Source: an archaeon
Lineage (GTDB): Archaea; Nanobdellota; Nanobdellia; Woesearchaeales; GW2011-AR15
Direction: 5' to 3'
Assembly (NCBI GenBank): GCA_043826135.1
Contig: JBDRQT010000041.1
Coordinates: 5,234 to 69,233 of the forward strand
DNA length: 64,000 bases
This document shows, piece by piece, positions 10,384 to 20,249 of this stretch. Within the stretch, counting starts at the first letter, position 1. Each line of letters begins with the position of its first letter. The translations under genes and the position numbers were made by a program. Below the pieces are notes generated by a model that searched no databases, was not told where the DNA came from, and worked only from the letters and a program-made list of their open reading frames with translations.

Positions 10384-11262
10384 ATGAAAAAAATATACCT
10401 GCTGATATTGATCCTGTTCCTAAGTTCATGTGCCACTGATAATTCCAGTTCAAAAACCAACTGGAGAACCGGAACACAAGGAATTGTAATGAGTTATATG
10501 TCTGATAATCCACCAAGTGAAATTGTCAGTAAATCAAAGGTAAATGTCATGGTCAAGTATTCAAATAAAGGAGCCACATCAACCAGCCCAACATTTTATC
10601 TGACTGGATATGACAGCAGTATACTTGCCTTTTCAGGGCCGTCAAAATCAGTTGGAAATATTTACGGAAAAGACCAGTATAACCCAGAGGGATCACAGGA
10701 AGGATTTGTAGAATGGAATACTGGGATAAATATGGCTTCGCTTGAACAGGTTGACAGCTTCAAGCAGTCACTAAGCGTTACTGCCTGCTATTCATACCAG
10801 ACATACGCAACTCCAAGTATATGCATAGATCCGAATAAGTATGAATATATCGGACCAAGCAGATGTGATTATGACATAAAAGACCTTGGAGACAGCCAAG
10901 GGGCGCCGATTGCCATAACTCAGGTCAAGCAAAAATCAGCTGGTGATGATATTTATCTGGAACTCCATTTTGCAAATAAAGGCAGCGGTACTCCATTTGT
11001 CAGCGGTGACTGCATGAAGCTTGGCTATGATGAAGTAAATATCATAAAACTCTCAGAAGTAAGCATTTCCGGGAAAAAATTTGACTGCACTCCCACAGAT
11101 ATAAGGCTTATCAGCAATTCTGGTTTTGCAGTGTGCAGCCAGACACTTGCAAACAAAGATAGCTCTTATGATGCAATTATCTCGATAAAACTTGATTACA
11201 AATACAGGGAGAGCCTTCCTAAAAAAGAGATAACTATTGTGAACGTCAATAAAAAGAAGTAG
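10384..11262 (+). CDS. Lipoprotein-like surface protein, paralog 2
   Basis: MKKIYLLILILFLSSC; GTQGI, SNKG, CYSY, ICID, QGAPI, LDYKY. Confidence 0.72.
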   Translation: MKKIYLLILILFLSSCATDNSSSKTNWRTGTQGIVMSYMSDNPPSEIVSKSKVNVMVKYSNKGATSTSPTFYLTGYDSSILAFSGPSKSVGNIYGKDQYNPEGSQEGFVEWNTGINMASLEQVDSFKQSLSVTACYSYQTYATPSICIDPNKYEYIGPSRCDYDIKDLGDSQGAPIAITQVKQKSAGDDIYLELHFANKGSGTPFVSGDCMKLGYDEVNIIKLSEVSISGKKFDCTPTDIRLISNSGFAVCSQTLANKDSSYDAIISIKLDYKYRESLPKKEITIVNVNKKK

Positions 11263-11305
11263 AAAGCTTTATATTCCTGATTAGGAGACTATATAGAAGG
11301 TGACT

Positions 11306-12253
11306 ATGATGAAAACACTGAAAATGATTTTATTCCTGATGATAATTGCATTCCTGATAATGGGCCAGGAAAGCTGCCAGTCAAGTAGTACTACTGATGA
11401 AGCAAATCCTTTTGTAGGAGGCACTGAAGGACTTCAGGTGTCTTTTGATGATGACAGACCTCCTGAATATGTTGAATCAGGAGGAACATGGCCATTCTAT
11501 GTAACTTTGAAGCTTCAAAATAAGGGTGAAGCATACGTTGAAGGGAAAAATGTCCGAATTGTAATAAGCGGGCCTGAACCTAGTTCATTTTCAGTGAATC
11601 CCGGGAGCATGATCAAAGAATCGATTGAAGAAGATATCTATCCTGTGAAAAAAGATGCAGAAGGAAATGTCAGAGTGCCTGTAGAAGTATATTCCACTTT
11701 TGGAGAGCTCAATTACAAACAAAAACTCGACACAAACTTCAAATTCAATATCCGTGCCGATGTCTGTTATAACTACTATACTGACGCAAGGGCAAATGGA
11801 TGCATTGTAAGGGATCCTACCCTGTCCGAAACCCAAGCATACTGCATAGTCAAAGAAGAAAAGCCGATATTTAACAGCGGAGCGCCTCTGCAGATCACAA
11901 AATTTGAGGAACTCCCTGCTGGACAGGACAGAATAAAATACATCTTTACGATTGAGCATTCTGACACAGGCGGAAGATTCTTTCTGCCAAATACAAAGTG
12001 TGATGATCCAAGAACAACTGAAAACAAAATTCATTTCAGTATAGAAACTGGAAAAACAGAGTTGTCTTGCACACCTATCAGTGGTGGAGGCATGTCAGGA
12101 GATGTATACTTAGGAAGAGACGGAACTATTGATGTCACCTGCATCCAGAAGATTGCAGCAACAACTGATTATCCTGATTTGATAAAGATAAGGCTCAGTT
12201 ATGATTATCTGCAAAACAAAGAAACTCCATTCATGGTCAAAGCAATTGAGTAA
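11306..12253 (+). CDS. Lipoprotein-like surface protein, paralog 3
   Basis: Signal peptide then ...GQESC; GTEGL, QNKG, CYNY, GCI, SGAPL, LSYDY. Start is 11306 or 11309. Confidence 0.72.
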   Translation: MMKTLKMILFLMIIAFLIMGQESCQSSSTTDEANPFVGGTEGLQVSFDDDRPPEYVESGGTWPFYVTLKLQNKGEAYVEGKNVRIVISGPEPSSFSVNPGSMIKESIEEDIYPVKKDAEGNVRVPVEVYSTFGELNYKQKLDTNFKFNIRADVCYNYYTDARANGCIVRDPTLSETQAYCIVKEEKPIFNSGAPLQITKFEELPAGQDRIKYIFTIEHSDTGGRFFLPNTKCDDPRTTENKIHFSIETGKTELSCTPISGGGMSGDVYLGRDGTIDVTCIQKIAATTDYPDLIKIRLSYDYLQNKETPFMVKAIE

Positions 12254-13154
12254 GCTGCGATATTTTTTCTTTTAATTTTTGTTCTCTTGAATAATATTTT
12301 TCCTTCAGTAGTCTAAGCTCTTCATAATACCTTTTCATATCAAGTGTCAGGGAATCAACTCGCGCCTTGTATTCTATTTCTTTATCAAGATAAAGTTTAG
12401 CTATATCCTTGACCTTATCTTCCAATTCTTTTCTCATCAAATTTATTTTATCATGTAATATTTTCTCATTTCCCAAGGAATGTGAACTAATATATTGCAG
12501 CTTTTTTGTCATATCTTCTGCAATCTTAGAAAGCCTGCTGTTCTCTTCTGCTATCCCTATTGCATTATCCTGCATTTCCTTAATTCGCATCAATAATTTT
12601 GTATTTTTTTGTTTCTCTGTTTCAATCTCTTCCTGAAATCCAAGTTTTTTGGTTTCGTATTCTTTTAGGATATTTCTGCCCTTATGCTGCTCCAATTTCA
12701 TTATATCCGTGATGCCAAGAATCTTTTTTTCAAAGTCTTTCTTCATAAGAAATTTCACTTTCACCAACTCTGATTTTAGCTCGGTATTCTCTCTTTGAAG
12801 TGTCTTCATCGCGCTGGTGAATCCCTTGTAATATTCTGCTCTTTTTTGCTCCTGTTCGAGCTTTGCAGAAAGAATTCCTATGATCCTATCAAAATCATGC
12901 TTTATCTTACTCTGATATTCCTTGAACTGCACTTCTTTATGGTTCAGTATTTTTACCAGGCTCTCAATCTTCTGTTCATTAATTCTTTTGACAGCCTCTT
13001 TATTTTTCAAGAACATTACTCTGAGCTGCTTGTTATCTTCATCAAGCTGCCTAATTTTCTGAAGATTTGCGAGAATTCTTTTTGAATACTCATCCTTCTC
13101 TTTTCTAGAATTATCTTCTATTATCTCAATCTCTTTCAAGGTCGGTTCTTGCAT
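12237..13154 (-). CDS. Coiled-coil hypothetical protein
   Basis: K/E/L heptad pattern throughout; directly downstream of RFC. Confidence 0.7.
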   Translation of the reverse strand: MQEPTLKEIEIIEDNSRKEKDEYSKRILANLQKIRQLDEDNKQLRVMFLKNKEAVKRINEQKIESLVKILNHKEVQFKEYQSKIKHDFDRIIGILSAKLEQEQKRAEYYKGFTSAMKTLQRENTELKSELVKVKFLMKKDFEKKILGITDIMKLEQHKGRNILKEYETKKLGFQEEIETEKQKNTKLLMRIKEMQDNAIGIAEENSRLSKIAEDMTKKLQYISSHSLGNEKILHDKINLMRKELEDKVKDIAKLYLDKEIEYKARVDSLTLDMKRYYEELRLLKEKYYSREQKLKEKISQLTQLL

Positions 13155-13158
13155 ATGG

Positions 13159-14118
13159 TTACCTGCTTATGAGACAGATCCCTGCAAGGAGCGCCTGAAG
13201 TTGAATAAATTCATCGCTTCCTTCCACAAGCCTGAATTCTATCTCACCACAAAGCTTTATCATCTCCAGTTTTTTAAGGTTTTCTATCTCAAGCTTCCAA
13301 ACGCCTGAATGGAATTGTTTTATGATATCAGTTCCAGATAAACCATTATCAAGCTGGATTTCAAGCATCATTTTTCTAGCAGAAAGAAAGTCTCCAGATA
13401 TCGCTTTTTCTAATATTTTATGGATTTCATTCGGCAATGCTTGAGAGGATATGCTGTATATAACTTTGTCTGTAATCTCAGACGCAACAGCAGCGCTGCT
13501 CTGAAGGATATTTTCAAGTTTCCTTACATCGCCCTGTGATATCTCAAACAATGCTTCTTTAGCCTCTTCTGTGATTGTAATACTCTCTTTTTTTGAGATT
13601 GAGTCTATTATTTCGAAAATTTCTTTTTTTTCAAGCGGCTTAAATTTGAATACGACGCATCTGCTCTGTATTGGATCGATTATTTTTGAGGAGTAATTAC
13701 AGCTTAAGATGAACCTGCATGTCTTTGTAAAATTCTCCATCGTTCTCCTGAGAGCCTGCTGAGCTTCTCTTGTCAGCGCATCACACTCATCAAGGAAGAT
13801 AATTTTAAATGGCACGTCACCTATGGCTTTTGTTCTGGCAAAATCCTTGACTTTTACCCTAACTACATCTATGCCCCTTTCATCAGAAGCATTAAGTTCA
13901 AGGAAGTTTTCCTTCCAGCTGTCTTTGAATAATTCTTTTGCTGCAACCAGTGCTAAAGTGGATTTTCCGACACCTGCAGGTCCTGCAAAAAGGACATGGG
14001 GCATATTCTTCTGCCGAACAAATGCCTCAATCCTCTTGATTATATCAGTCTGGCCTTTGACCTCTTTAAAATGCTTTGGCCTGTATTTTTCAGTCCATAT
14101 CATGACAACGTCTTCCAT
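13159..14118 (-). CDS. rfcS: Replication factor C small subunit
   Basis: WTEKYRP, GPAGVGKS, LELNASDERGID, IIFLDECD, SRC motif; no intein. Confidence 0.96.
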   Translation of the reverse strand: MEDVVMIWTEKYRPKHFKEVKGQTDIIKRIEAFVRQKNMPHVLFAGPAGVGKSTLALVAAKELFKDSWKENFLELNASDERGIDVVRVKVKDFARTKAIGDVPFKIIFLDECDALTREAQQALRRTMENFTKTCRFILSCNYSSKIIDPIQSRCVVFKFKPLEKKEIFEIIDSISKKESITITEEAKEALFEISQGDVRKLENILQSSAAVASEITDKVIYSISSQALPNEIHKILEKAISGDFLSARKMMLEIQLDNGLSGTDIIKQFHSGVWKLEIENLKKLEMIKLCGEIEFRLVEGSDEFIQLQALLAGICLISR

Positions 14119-14192
14119 CCTACTAAAGAAAGACTATTGATTTAAAAAAGTATTTAGTAAAAGTTAATAGAATAATAAGAAAAAAGTGTAAA

Positions 14193-14480
14193 TTATATGA
14201 TATCTTCTTCAGCAATCACCAGGAAATCTCCTGTTGCAAGAACTGCGCTAAATGGAATGAGGAGCCTTCCTTGCTTGTCCTTTTCCAGCTCAAGCTTTTC
14301 TGTGTATGCTGTCGGATTATTGACAACAATATGGATTAATTCTCCAGACCTAGTCTCAAATACAAGATCTCCAACTTCGCCGAACTTTTTTCCTGTTTTG
14401 CTTACAATTGTCTTTCCCAGGAGTTGCTTTGAGAACCTTTTGTCTTCTTCCTCTACTTGTTGTGATTTTTTTTCAGCCAT
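14193..14480 (-). CDS. PRC-barrel domain protein (CdpB-like candidate)
   Basis: SKQLLGKTIVSKTGKKFGEVGDLVFETRSGEL...LIPFSAVLATGDFLVI. Confidence 0.85.
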   Translation of the reverse strand: MAEKKSQQVEEEDKRFSKQLLGKTIVSKTGKKFGEVGDLVFETRSGELIHIVVNNPTAYTEKLELEKDKQGRLLIPFSAVLATGDFLVIAEEDII

Positions 14481-14539
14481 AATGACACCCCATGATGTTT
14501 ATATTAAATAAAAGAGGTTATATAAAGATTTCTATTGAA

Positions 14540-15310
14540 TTAGTGCTCTCCTTCCCAAGGCATATGAAGCCGATCATCCTTTTTTACATAGTGCCAGTAC
14601 ATTGCAAATACACCTGCAAATATACCTATAAGGAAAGAAAACAAAGGCGGAAGGAAAAATGCAGCAAGTGAACTGCCTGCAACAATTCCAAGTGTGAAAC
14701 TCCAGAAGTACACATGAGGATAAAACAGGTATAAACCAAGATTGCCTGGAATCGGAACCAGAGAATACACTGCAAACATAATATTCATAATCATTAGTTC
14801 TCTAACAAAGGGAATTTCCTTAAAGAAAGAACACAAAATGACCAGAATAATATTAAAAAATGGACCGGTGAATCCGCCCTTTGCCCACTCCCAGTCATTT
14901 GTATAGTATCTGAATTCACCCAGTCTTGATGCAGTAAGATGCCTGACATTAACTCCACCCGGAAGAAAAAATATGAGCCAACCTCTTGACGCGAAAGTGA
15001 TTACTAAGGCTATCATTAGTCCGATAATTCCATATTCATATGTTGGGTCATATCCATAATATACTGCAACTATCCTTTGACCAATCTGATTTATTATTAA
15101 CCCAATAGCTGCATACAGGGCACCAAGCAAAAAATTCTTTAGTCCTGCAACAAAATCAAATGTAACATCGCCCCATTTATTGAATGACCATACAAATGCG
15201 ATGATAAGAACAGTAATTATCATCTGCTTGATTTCCTTGCTGGACAATGAGAACCCATATCTTTTCAGATTATAGAAGAAAGTCCTATATTCAGAAGCAT
15301 ATGATCCCAT
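14540..15310 (-). CDS. Site-2 protease (M50)-like membrane protein, metal ligands degenerate
   Basis: M50 architecture (A..YGY, F.LPG, GP..N, P-P) but the HExxH position reads NQIGQ. Confidence 0.65.
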   Translation of the reverse strand: MGSYASEYRTFFYNLKRYGFSLSSKEIKQMIITVLIIAFVWSFNKWGDVTFDFVAGLKNFLLGALYAAIGLIINQIGQRIVAVYYGYDPTYEYGIIGLMIALVITFASRGWLIFFLPGGVNVRHLTASRLGEFRYYTNDWEWAKGGFTGPFFNIILVILCSFFKEIPFVRELMIMNIMFAVYSLVPIPGNLGLYLFYPHVYFWSFTLGIVAGSSLAAFFLPPLFSFLIGIFAGVFAMYWHYVKKDDRLHMPWEGEH

Positions 15311-15332
15311 AGTTTTAATTTATCAGATGAGA

Positions 15333-16013
15333 CTATTTAAAATTTTCCTTCCCGCTTGCAAGGATATGAATAATGCCAGGAATATGACCTGCACCAACTA
15401 CAGCAAGTATATTCTTATCAGGGTTCTGGAGCGAAAGCCTTATCAAATTGTCAGCCATATAATTGTCTCGTTCATCTATCAAAATTTTATGAATAGACGG
15501 ATACTTTTTTTTTATATATTCAACCAATTTAATTACCAGCTCTTCGCTAGGTGTCTTTGACAGGTCCATTTTTGCAAATTCGTTTTTCTTGAAAGGTCCT
15601 ATTATGAAATCAGCGAGCATTGTAATCATTTCTCTTTTCCTGAATCGTTTGGAAAATCTTCTTAAAGTAATCTGAAGATCCCTATCGATCAGAGCGACCT
15701 TTGATTTTCCTTTTGCAAGCTCAATTGCTCGCAGCATCTCACTCCCGGGGCTTACCCCGACCAGTTTTCCTATATTTTTTTGCGTATATTCCCCTATCAC
15801 ATAGAATAGGAATCCACCAATTCCCAATCTTCTTAATAACTGAATTTTGCTCGGTTTTTTTACTTTATGGGTAAGTGCATAAGCTCTTCCTTGATCAAGC
15901 TCAAGAGCAATAATATGAGGAGAAACCTGATGGAATGCCTCATCTACCTGTCGCATACTCTCTTCTGCGACATGTGATGTTCCGACTAGATAAATATTAT
16001 TAAAGATTTTCAT
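15333..16013 (-). CDS. TraB/PrgY/GumN family protein
   Basis: YLVGTSHV, IALELD..R, GSEM, LIDRD, LIDERD.YMA, VVGAGH..GI; start set at ATG 16013. Confidence 0.9.
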   Translation of the reverse strand: MKIFNNIYLVGTSHVAEESMRQVDEAFHQVSPHIIALELDQGRAYALTHKVKKPSKIQLLRRLGIGGFLFYVIGEYTQKNIGKLVGVSPGSEMLRAIELAKGKSKVALIDRDLQITLRRFSKRFRKREMITMLADFIIGPFKKNEFAKMDLSKTPSEELVIKLVEYIKKKYPSIHKILIDERDNYMADNLIRLSLQNPDKNILAVVGAGHIPGIIHILASGKENFK

Positions 16014-16041
16014 GATTAAAAGAAATTTGTTGGTATTGAAA

Positions 16042-17985
16042 TTACTTTTGTTGCATCCTTTTTGCTTCATCCAGGAGTATTTCAAGAATTCTTCTTTTTT
16101 CTTTTACACCATCAATCTTTGAGGCAAGCCCTTCATTTTTATAAATTCTCAGCAGCCACTTATGATATGCATTCTCTTCGAGCAGTTCAGAAAACCTTTC
16201 GTCGCTTAGAGTCTGGAGCGATATCATGAATTCTGGAAGGGTTTTTGCGTTTCTATTAGCAAAAGTGAAATTTGATGCAATGAGCCTGTCTTCATATTTC
16301 TTGCCGGATGGCTTATTTATATGAAAATCAGAAAGCCTTGATGAAAGAAATATCATCAGCAAAATTACTACAATCAATATTGTGAGGAAGCCTAGTGATT
16401 CCCAAATCAAAGAAAAATTGGAGCCAAATAATATGCTATTCCTAAATGCATCGCTGCTTGACACTACCGGATTAAATTTTATCTTGTCTGCTATATAGCT
16501 TGGCATCGTCTCGATCGGCAGGATTATTCCTGATGTCAGAAGAAGAAGCGTAGCAATGCTGACTGACGCGAGCATGGATATCTCTTCTGAATTTATCGAA
16601 TATCCGATGAACATGCCCATAAGGATGAAGAGACTCATAATCAAAAATAACGAAAGCAAGAGAAGCGATATATTATCAAAAAAGTTTATGTTAAAATAGA
16701 ATTGTGAAACTGTCAGGATAATCAATACTTGAAGTGATATCAAGATTAAGGAAGTAAAGTAGGTTGCCAGAACAAAATATATTGGTTTTTTCGGTGCTGT
16801 GAACACTCTGAAGAATGCCTTTGAATTCTTCTCACTTATAATTTGTGAAGAAGGCAGTAGCAAGCCTAAAAACATAATAAATATCACTATAAGGCTTGGG
16901 AAAAGGAATCCTAGATTTGTCCCTGATTCAGCAATGGGAATTATTTCAGTGGTTATGGGAGAAACAATATTTTCAGGATTTATTATCTCAATTGAAGTTA
17001 TGTCAGAATGCATCTTGTTTAGCTTATCACTCAGCTGCCCAGCCTTAGTCGCAAGCAGGTCTGCGTTTGCTTTCAACTGGCTAAGCTGAGCAATCACTTC
17101 TTTATTTGCTGAGTCCGCATTTTTTAGCTTTGCAGAAAGCCTTCCCAAAGATTGTTCCACATTCCTTGTGAGTTCTGCAAGCGAGCTCTTTGCAGCGCTC
17201 TGTTTAACGGAGATGCTTGTTTTCAGTGTGTTTAAATCACTTTTAATATCATTAAGATGGCTTGTCTGGTTTGCGGAGAGTGATCCCTCATCCTTGATTT
17301 TTTCGATCATGCTAAGACCATCTTGTGTGTATTTTGTTGTATCCTCAAGAAGTGTGTCCAGATCATCGTTGATGCTGGATAAGGATAAATCCACTGTGCC
17401 TGAGTCTGCTTTCAAATCAATTCCGCCAAGAGTTTTGGCCGCTGTATCTGAATTTGTTACGACCACTGCATTTTGCGAAATTATATCCTTCACTGAAGCA
17501 TCTGCAATCTCAAGCCCCTGCTTTGTGGAGAACAATGTTGTAACTATCCTGCTTGTCAGTTCCTTGCTCACTTCATTTGAGACTTCTCCAAATGAAGTCG
17601 AGAGCGATGACATGACAAAATATACGAGATTTATTTTTGACTGATCCACATGAAATTTTATCACATTGGAATTGTCATCTGTAACCTGCATATTAGTCGG
17701 AAACACAATACATGCCTGGATTTTCTGCTCTTTGACAGCACCCTTGCAAGCAATTTCTGTCTTATACTCTCTTACATCAAAACTGCTGTTGGAAAGTTCA
17801 AAAATGTATGATCTGGTGAGGTCCGAATACTGCTCTGAGAAGACACCAATCTTTAGATTGAAAGTATTAGTGCTAAATGAAATCCCAACCAGTAGTATTA
17901 TTATTAGAGGTCCAAATATCAGGAGCAGCGTCGAAGTCTTTGACCTCAGGAGCAGCTTAATGTTTTTTTTTATTATATTCTTCAT
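16042..17985 (-). CDS. ABC-2 type permease with long extracellular coiled coil and extra C-terminal cytoplasmic domain
   Basis: N-terminal TM, ~300 aa helical ectodomain, six C-terminal TMs, LTSGIILPIETMP. Confidence 0.85.
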   Translation of the reverse strand: MKNIIKKNIKLLLRSKTSTLLLIFGPLIIILLVGISFSTNTFNLKIGVFSEQYSDLTRSYIFELSNSSFDVREYKTEIACKGAVKEQKIQACIVFPTNMQVTDDNSNVIKFHVDQSKINLVYFVMSSLSTSFGEVSNEVSKELTSRIVTTLFSTKQGLEIADASVKDIISQNAVVVTNSDTAAKTLGGIDLKADSGTVDLSLSSINDDLDTLLEDTTKYTQDGLSMIEKIKDEGSLSANQTSHLNDIKSDLNTLKTSISVKQSAAKSSLAELTRNVEQSLGRLSAKLKNADSANKEVIAQLSQLKANADLLATKAGQLSDKLNKMHSDITSIEIINPENIVSPITTEIIPIAESGTNLGFLFPSLIVIFIMFLGLLLPSSQIISEKNSKAFFRVFTAPKKPIYFVLATYFTSLILISLQVLIILTVSQFYFNINFFDNISLLLLSLFLIMSLFILMGMFIGYSINSEEISMLASVSIATLLLLTSGIILPIETMPSYIADKIKFNPVVSSSDAFRNSILFGSNFSLIWESLGFLTILIVVILLMIFLSSRLSDFHINKPSGKKYEDRLIASNFTFANRNAKTLPEFMISLQTLSDERFSELLEENAYHKWLLRIYKNEGLASKIDGVKEKRRILEILLDEAKRMQQK

Positions 17986-18922
17986 TTTTGATCTTGGTAA
18001 ATATATCCCTCAGGCTAAGCTTAGTGATTTTGACATCAAGTAAGGCTTCATCAATTTTTGGGAGCAGTTGCAAGAGTTTTCCTAGCACCTTGTCTGGTCT
18101 TTTAGTCTGTATTATGAGTGAACTTCCTGTACTTTCCATGCTCATAATCTGAGCATCCTTCAATTGTTTTATGATTGCATCATAATTTCCAGGATAAGTC
18201 TCTATTTGTAATTCTTGACCTTTTGTTACCTTGCTTTTCAGTTCATCGAATGAGCCAACGTGAGACAGTTTTCCATCTGAAAGTATCCCAATCTTTGAGC
18301 AGACAGTCTCAACTTCTGGAAGATCGTGCGATGCTACTATTATGGAAGTACCTTTCTTATTTATCTTCCTCAGGAGTTGCCATATTTGCCTTGATAGGAT
18401 TAAATCAAGGTCTGATGTGGGTTCATCCAGTATTAGCATATCTGGGTGATGCATAAGTGAGCAAGCAATATCGAGCCTTCTTTGCATGCCACCTGATAGA
18501 TTTTTGGATATAATATCTCTTGCATGCTGCAAATCAACCATCTCAAGCAGTGCGTTAATATTATTCAGCCTTGCATCAGGGGATAGGCCGTATAGTGATC
18601 CAAAATAATCAAGATTTTCGAAGACAGTTAAATTTTCATAAAAGGATGGCTGCTGAACTGCAAACCCAAATCTTTTTTTTACATCCTGCGCATTATCAGC
18701 CACATTCTTCAAGCTTCCATCTGCGGATAAGAATAAAACACTGCCTGAATCCGGTTTCAGATAACCGATAATCATATTCAAGAATGTCGTTTTCCCGCTC
18801 CCTGATGAGCCAATAATCCCGAATATTTCCCCGCTCATAATCTCAAGGTCAATTTCATCTATTACCTTGTTAGAACCAAAATGCTTTTTCAGCTTCTCTA
18901 TTTTAACAGCTATCTTATCCAT
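17957..18922 (-). CDS. ABC transporter ATP-binding protein
   Basis: GSSGSGKT, LSGGMQRR, LILDEPT, ASH. Confidence 0.95.
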   Translation of the reverse strand: MDKIAVKIEKLKKHFGSNKVIDEIDLEIMSGEIFGIIGSSGSGKTTFLNMIIGYLKPDSGSVLFLSADGSLKNVADNAQDVKKRFGFAVQQPSFYENLTVFENLDYFGSLYGLSPDARLNNINALLEMVDLQHARDIISKNLSGGMQRRLDIACSLMHHPDMLILDEPTSDLDLILSRQIWQLLRKINKKGTSIIVASHDLPEVETVCSKIGILSDGKLSHVGSFDELKSKVTKGQELQIETYPGNYDAIIKQLKDAQIMSMESTGSSLIIQTKRPDKVLGKLLQLLPKIDEALLDVKITKLSLRDIFTKIKNEEYNKKKH

Positions 18923-18976
18923 CTTACACTCTTTTTTATAAGAGATGAGTAAGATATAGGATTTAAAGGTTTCTAT

Positions 18977-19561
18977 CTATTTTTTTTTTGAGACAAACAT
19001 AGTCCATATAAACACTACTGCAATAGCAAAAATGCTGCCAGCAAGAAACCATAATGCCACCTCTTGGTTTGCACTAACATCTGAAACAGCTGCCTGTGCT
19101 AGAGGAATTGCAGATTTTAGTGCCTGTCCAGACTCAAAAGTGTCTGCAAATACTGCTTGGTTTTGCAAAGGTTTCCAGAAAAGCTTTATTGATATGCTTC
19201 CTAGCACTGCAATAAATACAGCAGGCAGAAGCTCTTTTAATTTATCTATTAATAGATTCGAGTTTTTGGGGGCAATAATCACATATTTGTTTGATAGCGT
19301 ATAATGAACTACCTTTTTTCCCTTTTCTGAATATTTGAAGTTATCATCACTTAGAAGCCCTGCTTTGGTAAGAAGACTTAAATTATAATGTACTGTAGAT
19401 ATAGGAATCGAGAGCTCCTTAGATATATCTGTTTCAGTCATCAAATCCTTTTTTGAAAGCAATTCTAGAATTGTTCTAGACGTGTCGTTGCTGAGCACTT
19501 GTGCAAGTTTTTTGGATTTTTCCTCATCAAGGCTCACCAGCAAAAAAGATTCTTCTCCCAT
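18977..19561 (-). CDS. ArsR-like wHTH regulator with two C-terminal TM helices
   Basis: KKLAQVLSNDTSRTILELL...TETDISKELSIPISTVHYNL..L.KAGL plus two hydrophobic segments. Confidence 0.85.
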   Translation of the reverse strand: MGEESFLLVSLDEEKSKKLAQVLSNDTSRTILELLSKKDLMTETDISKELSIPISTVHYNLSLLTKAGLLSDDNFKYSEKGKKVVHYTLSNKYVIIAPKNSNLLIDKLKELLPAVFIAVLGSISIKLFWKPLQNQAVFADTFESGQALKSAIPLAQAAVSDVSANQEVALWFLAGSIFAIAVVFIWTMFVSKKK

Positions 19562-19623
19562 CCTTTATGGTTAACCAAGGATATATTTAAATAATTGGAT
19601 AGCTTCAGTTTCAGTTGAAGCCT

Positions 19624-19908
19624 ATGAAAAGCGAGGATATCAAACATATGAAAGCTGACGAACTCAGGTTCAGGATTGATCAGCTCAGGAAAGATAAGAT
19701 GATCTATGCTCTTGAGTCGATAGCATTCACTTTTATTGCAGAACTCGGTTATTTCCTGATAGCTGTCATTACCTTGCAGCAATATTCCTTTTTGCTTGCA
19801 TTTCTTGCGCTGATACCTCCGACTGTCTATTTTTTATTCATGGTCGTTGGAAATTTCAGCCGGCTCAAAGAGATAAAGAAGCTTGAACTTGAACTTTACA
19901 AAAAATGA
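19624..19908 (+). CDS. Small two-TM membrane protein
   Basis: Two hydrophobic helices; TATA-like TTTAAATA ~30 nt upstream; ATGA overlap with the next gene. Confidence 0.7.
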   Translation: MKSEDIKHMKADELRFRIDQLRKDKMIYALESIAFTFIAELGYFLIAVITLQQYSFLLAFLALIPPTVYFLFMVVGNFSRLKEIKKLELELYKK

Positions 19909-20246
19909 CTTCCTTCGGAAAGCTGCGCAGATTTTTGATAAAGATAAAATTATATATTGCACGGACAGGAAGTTATATCAGCCTCATTAATACTGTCCTG
20001 ATACTTTTTCTTTTCCTGTCTGACTTGAAGAAATACGGCATATACATTGCAATCAAGGACTGGATAGTTCCTCTATTCATCATGGGTGTCCTAATGATGG
20101 TCCTGTTTGGTTATATTGAGGAGAAGCTTGGATTCTACAGCGAAGAGCAAAGGTCAGCAAGCTCAAGGAATCCCTACATGAAAGATATCATTGAGAGATT
20201 GGACAGGATAGAAAAGAAATTGTATTTTTATAAAAAAAAGATATAG
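19905..20246 (+). CDS. Small two-TM membrane protein with C-terminal coiled coil
   Basis: Two TMs then EEQ..RNPYMKDIIERLDRIEKK. Confidence 0.7.
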   Translation: MTSFGKLRRFLIKIKLYIARTGSYISLINTVLILFLFLSDLKKYGIYIAIKDWIVPLFIMGVLMMVLFGYIEEKLGFYSEEQRSASSRNPYMKDIIERLDRIEKKLYFYKKKI

Positions 20247-20249
20247 TAT

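Noticed and set aside
13159-14118. Intein in RFC small subunit
   Set aside because: Normal length (319 aa) with continuous motifs.
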